DNA from: Moniliella sp. 'wahieum'
Taxonomy: Eukaryota
DNA length: 64,000 nucleotides
Reading direction: 5' to 3'
NCBI GenBank assembly: GCA_003971905.1
Contig: RSEE01000018.1
Location: 744,001 to 808,000 of the forward strand
The notes under the pieces were generated by a model, which was not told where the DNA came from, did not search any database, and worked only from the letters and a program-made list of their open reading frames with translations. Both the position numbers and the translations under genes were made by a program. The first letter of the stretch is position 1; each line of letters opens with the position of its first letter. This document shows, piece after piece, positions 53,373 to 64,000 of the stretch.

Positions 53373-55082
53373 ATGGTTCTCGTGCTCTTTGAGACGGCGG
53401 GTGCGTCTCCGCTCTCGTTCTTTTCCTTGCCTCCCTTCGTGCTGACTTCCCTCCCTCGTTGGCACCCAGTGGGCTTTTGCTTGTTCCAGCTCGCCTCGCC
53501 CACGTCTGCCATCAAGAACGGTGACCTGGCCAAGAAGTTCAAGTCGGCCGAGGATGTTGCCAGCCTGATTAAGCTCCAGGCCATCCACCGCTTTACCTCC
53601 ACCGCCGAGGCCGTCCAGGACGCTTCTGACATTTGCGACGGAAAGGTGCCCAAGTCGCTCAAGAAATTCCTCTCGGCCGAAATCAAGGATAAGGCGGCCA
53701 AGGGCGGGCCAGAGCAGCTGGTTGTGATTGACCCCAAGCTGGGCGGGGCAATTAGCAAAAAAGTAGGGATCGATGTCTACTCGGATTCGTCGGTTATGGA
53801 CCTGTACCGTGGAATTCGCGACACCTCGCCAATCTTCTTTCGGCTTCGGGCGCAGCAGATGGATCGGGCACCGTCGACGCTCGCGATATCTCAACCATGG
53901 CCTTGGGCTTGTCGCACAGCCTGTCGCGGTATAGCAAGTTCAGCCCCGACAAGGTGGATACGATGATTGTTCAAGCCATTGGTTTGCTGGACGACCTAGA
54001 CAAGGAAGTCAACATTTACGCATGCGCGTCAAGGAGTGGTACGGCTGGCACTTCCCGAGATGGGCAAGATCGTCAACGACAATGTGGCCTACGCCAAGTC
54101 GATCCGTGCCATGGGCTTCCGCACCAACGCTCACTCTACTGACTTTTCCGACATCTTGCCCACTGAAATCGAGGAGACGCTCAAGGCCGCCGCGGAAATC
54201 TCAATGGGAACTGAGATCTCTGACTCGGACCTGGCTCACATCCAAGAACTGGCCGAGCAGGTCATCAATATCTCAGCCTACCGCGCCCAGTTGTACAGTT
54301 ATCTCCAACACGCATGTCGCACATTGCCCCCAACCTCACTGCGTTGGTCGGCGAGTTGGTCGGAGCGCGGTTAATTTCCCACGCGGGTTCTTGATGAACC
54401 TGGCCAAGGCCCGCCTCGACGATTCAGATCCTGGGTGCGGAAAGGCGCTCTTCCGCGCACTCAAGACCAAACACGACACGCCCAAGTATGGCCTGCTGTA
54501 CCACGCATCTCTGGTGGGCCAAGCACCCAACAAGTTGAAGGGTAAGATGGCGCGTATGGTCGCCACCAAGACTGCACTCTCGGTGCGTCTTGATGCGCTG
54601 GCTGATGACCAGACCGACGAGGCTCATGCCACCTCGACCGGAAACGATAATACTGGCCACGCTTCCATTGGTATTGAAGCCCGCAATGTTCTGGAGCACC
54701 GACTCCACGCGCTCGAGTCGGGAAACTTCTCAGGTGCACTCAAGAAGGACCGCTCCTTTGGTGCGGCCAAGCAGAATGCGTTCCAACCGGAACTTGCGTC
54801 TGCACCACGGACGTACAATGCTGCTGTGGATGCCCCCGTCACCGCCAAGGTGAGGAAGAGGAACCGAAACTTTCTAAGGAGGAGCGCAAGGCCGCCAAGA
54901 AGGCTGCTAAGAAAGCGGCTAAGGAAGGGGATGTGTCCATGGCTACATCCGAGGCGGATGAGAGCAAGAAGTTGTCCAAGGAAGAGCGCAAGGCGGCCAA
55001 GAAGGCCAAGAAACGCGTGGCTGAAGAGAATGGGGACGAAAGTAAGGTTGAAAAGAAGAAGAGGAGCAAGCATAGCGATTAA
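53373..55082 (+). CDS. NOP58: Box C/D snoRNP core protein Nop58
   Basis: [103 protein letters not shown]; Lys/Glu-rich tail. Intron 53401..53469. Confidence 0.96.
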
Positions 55083-55514
55083 GTCGTCTCCATGCCAAGG
55101 CAAGGCTGCATACCTCGTTCCATTCCTCTGTTGGACACCCGGTGGGCGTGCCGTCGCAACTTTTCTCCTACCCAGCTATTGTGGACCCGCCTCTACGTGC
55201 TTCCTGCGTGGTGGGCAGACCTAGGAGCGGCGTGTGTGCAGCCACTAGTCTGTGTAATTGTAATATCTAGCTCATGGCGCCAACAACACCTAACCTCGCA
55301 CATAGAGCTGGCATACCGATGCCATACCTCATCGAGATGATATTCCTTCCGTGCCTTTTTGTCCAAAATGCTACTCCACCCCAAGGCACTCAAGGCCAGC
55401 AGGTCTGCTTGCAGCATACCAGGGCGATGAAGCACTTATCACCATGCACCAACCATACATAGAGGCAACGAGCACGAAAGCAGCAGCCAGGCAACCCCGC
55501 TCAACGGGGTTAGT

Positions 55515-57320
55515 TTAGCTCAGCTCGACGTTTTGCTTGGCCGAGTCGGCGTCGACCAATTTACCCGGGTTCATGATGTTGTTGGGGTCGATCTGGTTCA
55601 TCAGCGTCCGGTACAAATCCACCGTATCCACACCCAGCTCATTCTCAATAAACTGTTTTTGCCAATCCCGACCCCATGCTCGCCCGTCGCGGTGCCATGG
55701 AGGTCTTGGGCGTGATGAATCATACGGTGAACCACTTCCTTCACCTTGGCCACGTAACCAAGTCGCGCTCGCGATAGATAAGAAGAGAGTGCTGCGCAGG
55801 AAAAATACGAGTAGTCCTCCCCTCCTCGTCCCACCACAGTGTGGAAGGCGAACACAAAAACGTACAAAGTTGCCATCGCCAACGTGGCCCAAGATGGGGC
55901 CGTACAAGTTTTGTTCTTGGATGTCCGCCGTGACACGTTTGACCAGCGCTGGCAGCTGGCCAACCGGCACACATACGTCGGTCACCCACGCACGCCAACA
56001 CCGAATTTTTCCTCGGCTCGTCCGACTCGGCTCGGTGGGTTTGGGGTACGATAACGCGGACCAAAAAGCCACTTTTCGCGCCCGCCAAAGACGATCGATT
56101 TCCTTTTGATTGTCGCCGTATTGAATGTGCGCCGCACCATGCTGCTGCAGAATCGTCTCGGCCAACTCATAATCCGCCGCAAGATGCTTAGGCGTAGCAC
56201 CAGACAGTTTTAGGAATATCGTAGGTACCTCCCCCCCGGCATGGAGGGCGTGTCGGGATCGTCTTGCGCCGCACGATTCACAGCTCCAATCATTGCCCCG
56301 TCCATGAGCTCTACACATTGCGGCTGCATCCCTGTCCGAAGAAATCGCCCCGGACGCTGCGACCGCATCGTCAACCGTAGGAATGTGGCTACTACCACCG
56401 CATTGGGAAGTTTGGGCACCAGGCGAAGCGTGATGGCTACAATCACCCCTAGCGTCGCTCTGAACCGAGAAAGAGCTTGGTCAGGTCCGGTCCGACTGAG
56501 GACTTGCGTGCACGAGAACGCGTAGTAACCACCTTGCCCGAAGGCAAAACAACAGTCACATTCAATACGTAGTCCCCCTTCATCGTCCCGTACCGCACCG
56601 CATTCGTACCGCTGCACCCGGTCGATGCCATACCACCAATACTGGCGGTAGGACCTGGGTCGATGGGGAAGAAGAGTCCAGTCCCACGCCGCTCCAACTC
56701 AGCATTCAGTTCTTCCATCCCAGTCCAGGCTGGACCGTCACGTCCCCATCTTCCTCCGAAAGACGAAGGATGGACTTCATCCGACTAAAGTCGAGACTGA
56801 TGCTGCGTCGGCCATCGAGATCCGTATCCGTGCCTGCTGTGTGACCCTCGAGGGAAGTGCCACCACCAAAGGGAACAATAGGCACACTGTGCTCTTGACA
56901 CGCCTGCACAATCGTCACCACATCTTCGGTCGATTGGGAACACGACAGCGGCATGCGCACGCGTAGCAAGTGCGACCAAGGTGATGCTCCATGCAGCTCC
57001 GTCTCGGTCTCGTCAAATGTGATCTGACCCGGCTTTAACGCTGCTGGATCTTGGCCAACGCCGCTTGCACATCGTGATGCGCATGGGCTGGGTTGCTACC
57101 CACGCCGGCCTCAGCCTCACTGGGACAGAACTTTCGCTGCCAGCTAGCGAGTCAAGGCCACACCAGAAACAAGGGCTGTGAGAACCGCGGCACGAACCTG
57201 CTGGGCGCGGAGTAGGACGCGGACGGGGTGTGCTCGAGGCGCAACGGACGGGGCGGGGAGACGAGCGGCGACCGGGAAAGTAGGTCTTGTGCCGGGTCGG
57301 AGAGCAAGGCGGACACGCAT
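55515..57320 (-). CDS. DLD1: Mitochondrial D-lactate dehydrogenase (FAD-linked oxidase, Dld1-like)
   Basis: [105 protein letters not shown]; Arg-rich presequence from ATG 57320. Confidence 0.93.
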
Positions 57321-57615
57321 TGTGCCGGGTGGAGGGCGAGGGAGGTGGTGTAGGAAGTTACTCCGTACCAGCCTCAGTTCTGAGCCAAACTCGCAGCCTC
57401 AATCTTCAAGCTTCAATCTTCCCGCCCCCCTGGCCAGCACGGCGCCAGTGTTCGGACGATCGGCCTCGGTCGATCTATTGATAAAGGGGCCCTGGGCGGA
57501 ATATAACCTTCGATCATCGATCATCCATCATTAATCAGTGCCCGCACCCCACAATTACGCCACGCCCACGCCCACCTCACCATCACCACCACCGTCAGCC
57601 CAGCAACTCCACTCC

Positions 57616-58078
57616 TGAGAGCTTGAGAGCTTGAGAGCTTGAGAGCTTGAGGCCTGAGATCTGGTGCACTGGTGCCGATGGGTTCCGACAGAGAAGGCAA
57701 GAGATGTGCCACATGGCCATAGTCGCCGGCTCGTGTTCAACCGTTCATGCTACTCGAGAATCATTAATCATTCCATTAGCCCGTGGGGCCCAGGGGTGTT
57801 AAACGTTAAGGCCTAATATAAGGTGCCATCGATGCATCGATCTTCACGCACGCCTTGCACGCTAGGTCGACCATGTGCACCCCAATGCACGAGGAACTTA
57901 TGGTTAATGGTTACTGAGCCCACTGTCCGTCATCGCCGCCCCTCCGCCCCCTCTGCATTGGACCTTGCCAATCATATATCCTACCTCAAGCTTGAAGCAG
58001 CTTGAAGCTTGAAGCTTCCAGCTTGGATTCACTAGTCTTCACTCGTCACTAAAGTCACTACTACTAGTCACTAGTCAC
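57616..58078. repeat. Intergenic arrays: (TGA-GAGCT)n 8-mer, TGA-AGCT and TCA-CTAG 7-mers
   Basis: 8-mer at 57616..57650; TGA at 58003/58010; TCA at 58068/58075. Confidence 0.85.
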
Positions 58079-58100
58079 CCCTCCCCTCCCCATTCATGCA

Positions 58101-61100
58101 TTAAGCATTCCTCATCTCAGATCTCATCGATCTCGACCTCATCGTCGACCGCCATTCATCCCCATCGAAGAGAGGCGAGAGAACGACAGCAGACGACGAT
58201 GGGAGGGGACCGCTGAACCCCAATTCGGGATTAGGGCGTGAGACCGCAGGTGCAGGAGCGACCTGACCCGAGGGCGGGAACGAGAACCAGCTTTGCGGGT
58301 GCGTTGAGGCCATGCCCGTCCTTGTCTCGGGGGGGGGATACGAAGTAGCACGTCCCCGCACCCGCACCTGCACCTGCACCCCCTGCAACTGGGCCCGGGG
58401 AGGCGTTAGACCAATTGATGCCACACCCCCATCCCCGTCCGTCCCCATCCCCATTCCATTCCCATTTGCATTTCCATACGGATCCTGCACGCGCCAAACC
58501 AGGTGGAAGGAGCGACGACCAAAACGAATCGGTTATCACTTGCTCGGGAAGAAAATTGGACTTGCTGTTGCCACGTGTTACTCCTGGTGCAACACACGAC
58601 GTCACGGACTCAGTTCCTCCAGGCATAAATGGTAGACCCATCAGAAGTTGAACGGCCGTAGAGTAGTTCCCCAACGGTCCTTGCGATGGATCGAACGTGC
58701 CCCCCGTGGGATCGGATGTGAGAGTAGCAGGAACCGGGCAGGGGGTGGTGCAGTGCAGGCTGTCGCGTCAGTTGAACTTCCCATCGTCGTTGTGGCGTGA
58801 GGCACGTGCCTAGTCGTCGCTGGTTCGTCCACTTGAGTCGCATTTACACCCTTGTCGCGCTCGTCGTGCGAATGCAGAATGGCAAAGAGAAACGTCCCAT
58901 ACAAATGAGGCGTGTGGGTTTCGTTCACTGCGATCCGGGTTAGGAACGAGGCCAGTTGCCGAATCAGACCTAACATGTGTGTCTCGTTGCTGTACCCCGC
59001 AAACACGGGACGAACGAGCTGGAAAAGGAAAAGATGGAAGATGGTATGTTAGCTGTAAGGTCATCGTAGGCGTCGTTGGAACGTCGAGTGAGATACGCAC
59101 TTTTAGTAGGAACACACCAGCGTAGGCGATAAGGAACTCCGAGTCGGGTGCATACCGCAGATCAGGCCCAAGCAGAGCAGCGCCCCGTAGTATAGACAAG
59201 GCGGCACTTTTGCAAACAAAGTAGTCTATACCAAGATCGAGAGTCAGAACGAACAAGCAAGGTCAAGCAACGTTTCGACAGGGAGGGAGGGGAACGTACA
59301 AGTAGGCTTTTCCAGTTCGGTCAAGTTGGGCTGATCGAGAAAACCGTTGGAGACCAAGTGAGTTCAAAAGAAGTACCGAGTAGTGGTACCGCATCGGTCC
59401 TTGGCGAACAAGAAAGTAAAGCGATCGCTCGAATACGTCGTTTTGAGAAGGAGGTACCTGAGATTGCCGTTTGCCCTCGTCGTCGGTCGGACCTAGCGAT
59501 TCCAGTAACGCCGTGCTTCGTCCTGGGCGGCTTGGCGTTCAGGGGTCCGTCGGGTCGTGCAGCTAGCCTCGCTGGTGAAACGGCTAGGCTAGTGCTATTC
59601 CTATTCGACCCGTCGCTCGCGCCAGGCCCGGGGCCTTGCTGGAACCCATCAGCCGTGTATACCGTCGAGGCGGCCGGGACCGTGTTGCGACTGCGAAACT
59701 TTTGCACCAGGTTTTCAAGCCGCCAAGTTGTCGCCATTCGGCCAATTGACGACTGAAGATCTGCAGCACACTTTCATAGTCCGTTTCCAAGTTGAGCCCA
59801 GGCAGAGATTGGATGGACGAATGTAGAAAGTCCATCTGCCGAGACTGGATCCGGTACAGTTCAACCAACGCTGCGATCCCCACGTCCCAGGGTTGAGACA
59901 GCGGTGCATACACCACGTACGCACGTTGCGAACTACGGCTGCTTCACGAATAATGTACGCTTTCCCCGTTTGAGGCAAACATCCGGTCACGATAAAGCAC
60001 ATGTACCACGTCCTATCACGGTTGAGCGATTCCCGCTCCATTCTCCCGGCTCGTTGGATTGCTAGCCTCGCCACCCTGGTCAGCATCCATCTTGAGCTTC
60101 CGGTCCAGACTGATGTCCGTGCTATGCGGATCGCGATGCCGGAAAAGAGCCAGGCGCGTGTCCTGGTCAATGTTGGGCGACGACTCGCCCCACAAGCTCA
60201 GCAAAGAAAAGCTTGTACAATCTCCACGCTCTTCAAGCCGTTTTCCAGAGCCGTGAATGCACAGTTTTTCGCGTACGCAAGTGCCTTGGCATGCAGCTCG
60301 GGCCGCGGCGCGTAAAATTGTGATGCAATACAGAGAATGACCGTGAAGAGCATTGGAGATCGGGAACGAACTGACTTGGGCGTGTGCCAGGTAGGGTCAA
60401 GTAAAAAGTGCATAGTGGTTGCATGAAACAAAGAAGATTCGGAACAGATCCGTCACTTCTTCTTCGGACACAACCCATCATCAGCATCGTTGGTGGAAGC
60501 TCCCGTTCAATCACAATCTTGCGCAACGAAAGAGACGAGATAAAACTCGGACGGAAGTAACTTCGATTCGCCACGCCCAACGCTGTTGTTTGTTCCCGAC
60601 CTGTATTAGGCGAGTGGGGAGGACGTTGGGCGTCGCCTCGGACGGTGTAGAGCCCGCATGGGCCTCAGTTGCGGTGTGAGGTGACTTGTCTGTATGTGTG
60701 GCGAGCCCCCAGAGGAACGAGGCCAAGTCTGACTGGTCAGACTGGCTTCCGCTAGCAAACCAAGAGGATCCAGCGCGTTGCGCGGTAACGTTTGCACGGG
60801 AACGTCGGGCAGGTTCCCACCCGCACCAACTTCAGCTTGCCTCGGCGACTCGACATGCGTTGGTACTGGTAACATCGATCCAAAAGACTTCTCCTGCGCC
60901 TCCGTCCGTCTGCGCCCGTCTCCGACTCGATGGAGGGTACTGACTCTGCCCCCCGCCCGGTCCTTTACTTGCGGTCGCCGCGAAAGCGGGTCCCGCCAAG
61001 CCCCGTCCCGCGCTGGTGGGGTTGGGGGCTAGACGGGGTACGAGCAGCAGAAGCAGATGCATGAGGCGATACCGACGTGTCATGCACACGATCAGAATGG

Positions 61101-61935
61101 GCAAATGACATCGCTGCTGCCTTGCTGGAAGAACTGGCATTGGGAGTGGCCGCTGTGCGGCTATGCTGCGATGGCGACACATACGGTGGCAGTGACGCAG
61201 CAGGCGGTGGCGACCGGTTGGACGGCCTGGAATCCGGCGAAGGTTGCCCCCCTGCCGGCGCACGAACCTTAGAAGAATCGTATGCTGCTGATGGAGCCTG
61301 GGGGGGCAGGGGGACAGGAGATTGGCCCTGGGCTGAACCAATGGATTGCAGAACAATGGCCAACGTTTGTTCCATCTTATGGAGCGACTCGGCCATGGCC
61401 TCAGTTCGCTGGGCCTTGTTGCCCTTCTTTGCCCGGCTCGACTCTTCAAATACACACGTATGCCCACTCGCCCGACACCGCACGCACGGCGGACCATTTT
61501 CCCCGCCTGTACAGCGCATCTTGAGACGGCGGCACGTGGTGCATGCCGCTGCGCCCCGTCGGCGTTTGGCAGGCGCAGTAGGATGGTGGTATGCATCCGA
61601 GTCGACAGGCGGGCGGAGGGATCAGTAGAGCTGCTGGCCGCAGCAGACGGGACGGTGGACGCGGACGCGTGTAAGGGCGGGGGCCTGTGGAACGGGGAGG
61701 GGGGCGCAGCGCGCGCTGCTGCTGGCGTGGGCGGGGGGGGCGTGGCGTGCGCAAGCGCAGCAGGGGTGGGGCGGGGGTGGGAGTAGGCGTAGAGGTGCGC
61801 GTCGGAGCGTCGCCAGCACACTGTCGGACTGGTCGGAGGCGGTGCTGGAGCTGCCGTCGCTGGCGGCGCAGCGGCAGGGGAGGGCGCCGCAGGCCACGCG
61901 GGCCAGAGCGGAGGCGGCGCAGGGGCGCGCGGCAT
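58101..61935 (-). CDS. Zn(II)2Cys6 transcription factor with fungal-specific TF middle domain
   Basis: [33 protein letters not shown] zinc cluster (~61450..61547), a coiled coil, [64 protein letters not shown]. Introns near 58990..59300; the 3' end is approximate. Confidence 0.92.
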
Positions 61936-62490
61936 GGCGGCGGATGGCAGATGCGGATGGGCAGATGGGATGGGCATATGGGATGGGCAGATGGACAGAT
62001 GGATGCGCTCCAAAGGCGTTTCGTTGGGCGAGGTGTGGCACCGCGTTTTTGTAGGCCGGTGTGGACGCGGCTAAGCCTCCGGCCCAGCGGCTCAGCCTTG
62101 CTCCGCCTCAGCAGCCCCCGCCTGCCCCGGCCCACCGCACCCGGTCCACCCGGTGCGCCCTTCAACCTTTCAGATCTTCAGACGCGCGCCCATCACGTGC
62201 TGCCTTGCCTCTCCCAGCAGCATTACGTCAGCCCACGCCCATTGGGACGGTCACGTGCACAGGATACACTGGCGCCATGCCACCCGGGGCGTGTGGCGCA
62301 GGCCACTGGCGCTGCGCCCAGCGGCGCAACCAGCCATGCGCGCCGCCCAGCAGCAGCACTCAAAGTCACCCGTCACGCGCGTCACGCCTGCCCCCTCATG
62401 CACCATGCACATCATGCTCCTTCCCGCTGTGGGGGCGCTGGCACCCCCACCTCCACCACCCCCCCACCTCCACCACCACCACCCACCACC

Positions 62491-63438
62491 ATGTCTGCCG
62501 CCGTGGAAGAGATTACGCCGCTTCAGGGCTACGTCGGCTTCGACTCCATCACCCGTCAAATCGAAAGCAAGCTGCTCAAGCGCGGCTTCCAGTTCAACGT
62601 CATGGTCGTCGGCCAGACCGGGCTGGGCAAGAGCACGCTCATCACACCCTCTTTGCCAGCCACCTGATCGACACCAAGGGTCGCTTTCACGCCGACGTTT
62701 CTCCCCCGCTCCACCACCGAGATCCATCCGGTGAGCCATGTGATCGTGGAGAATGGCGTCAAGCTCCGCCTCAACATTGTCGACACGCCCGGATACGGAG
62801 ACCAGATTAACAACGAGGGCAGCTGGGACCCCATCGTCAAGTACATCAAAGACCAGCACAGTGCTTACCTCCGCAAAGAGCTCACCGCCCTCCGCGACCG
62901 GTACATTACCGACACCCGCATCCACTGCTGTCTCTTCTTTATTAACCCCACCGGCCACAGCCTCCGCCCGATCGACATTACCGTCATGAAAAAGCTGTCC
63001 GAAGTGGTGAATGTGGTGCCAGTCATCGCCAAGTCCGACGGGCTCACTCTAGGAACGCGACTTGTTCAAACAGCGCATCCGTGCCGAGTTGGCTTTCAAC
63101 GAAATCCGCCTCTACCCCTTCGACGATGCCAACTTGGACGAGGAGGAACGCGAGCTGCACGAGCGTATTCGCGACTTGATCCCGCTTGCTGTGGTAGGCT
63201 CCGAGAAAAGCGTAGTGATCGATGGGAAAACGGTCATTGGTCGCAAATCCCGCTATGGCGTGGTCCAAGTGGAAAATGAAACCATTGCGAGTTTGTCTAC
63301 CTGCGCAACTTTCTCACTCGCACCCATCTCCAAGACCTGATCGAGACTACGGCTCACATCCACTACGAGTCGTTCCGCTCCAAACAACTTCTCGCTCTCA
63401 AAGAGTCGAGCGCTAAAGCCCAGCAGACACCACAGTAA
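62491..63438 (+). CDS. CDC10: Septin Cdc10
   Basis: [89 protein letters not shown]. No C-terminal coiled coil, as expected for Cdc10. Intronless, with several frameshifts. Confidence 0.96.
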
Positions 63439-64000
63439 CTTGCCCTAGTAGCGTTTCTCTCTCTTGTTGGAATCGACAGCTATATGCTTGATGGCATTCC
63501 TTCTGTAACCCCCCCCCCTCAAACGCCATTATATGCTCTTCGTGTTTTTTTTTTTTCCTTTTCTTTTCCCCACCTTTCCTTTCAGCAAAACGACTTTCCC
63601 ACAGAAAACCAGTTCTATGCCTCTTCTCTCGTGAATTACAAGGGGCTGAACCTCAAGCTTCACATCATCTGTCACAGTTGCGGGCGGTTCCCTTACACCC
63701 CGTAGAACTCCCTTAATTGCCCAGGTCCTGCGCCTATTCTGGTAAGCACGATGGCAGCCATATGACGGTGTTCCATCTGCGGCAACCAGCGTACTGCATG
63801 CATTCGTCCCCTGCGCTCCGTCTAGAGCAATTGTATAGAAGAGGTTACACATGCCTTGCAACTACCAACTGTCCATACGGATGGAAGAGAGGTTCAACTG
63901 GTATGATTAAGGAAAGTCTTGGGGGGGCGGTTCAACACCACCAAAGCCGACGCAGCAAGTTGACGACGCACATCGTGCTTGTCTACATCGTGCGTATCCT

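Noticed and set aside
57455..57530. GATCG clusters as White-collar light-response elements (also ~2610-2645)
   Set aside because: The motif is too short and common, and there is no independent support from sequence alone.
63693..64000. Possible 3' end of a minus-strand gene (..HRHMAAIVLTRIGAGPGQLREFYGV*)
   Set aside because: Short, frame-broken and with no recognisable motif; it cannot be supported without the adjacent window.

Overview
Gene-dense, high-GC eukaryotic DNA with short spliceosomal introns (GT..CTRAC..YAG). It is almost certainly a basidiomycete fungus, probably Ustilaginomycotina; this is inferred from the few short introns, a WC-1 without a GATA finger and a WW-MyTH4-RhoGAP gene. 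About 20 protein genes are present. Recognisable ones are a Skt5/Chs4-like SEL1 protein, Per1/PGAP3, a Bye1-like TFIIS_M-SPOC protein, AP-2 mu, the White collar-1 LOV photoreceptor, WW-MyTH4-RhoGAP, a C2H2 factor, Yop1, EI24-like, Rpl34, acetylglutamate kinase, calnexin, DUF3405, Ost1, Nop58, D-lactate dehydrogenase, a Zn2Cys6 factor and septin Cdc10. There is also one intron-containing tRNA gene. Almost every gene is broken by single-base losses in short homopolymers, which points to unpolished long-read consensus errors, so many CDS boundaries are approximate. The most unusual signals are: (1) intergenic arrays of TGA/TAA repeated every 7 bp around a variable, usually palindromic, 4-mer; (2) a UAA-anticodon tRNA with a short class-I variable loop; (3) a RhoGAP domain lacking its catalytic signature residues; (4) a strongly structured 5'UTR intron in RPL34; (5) an acetylglutamate kinase not fused to the Arg5 reductase. 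No mobile element or CRISPR array was recognised.
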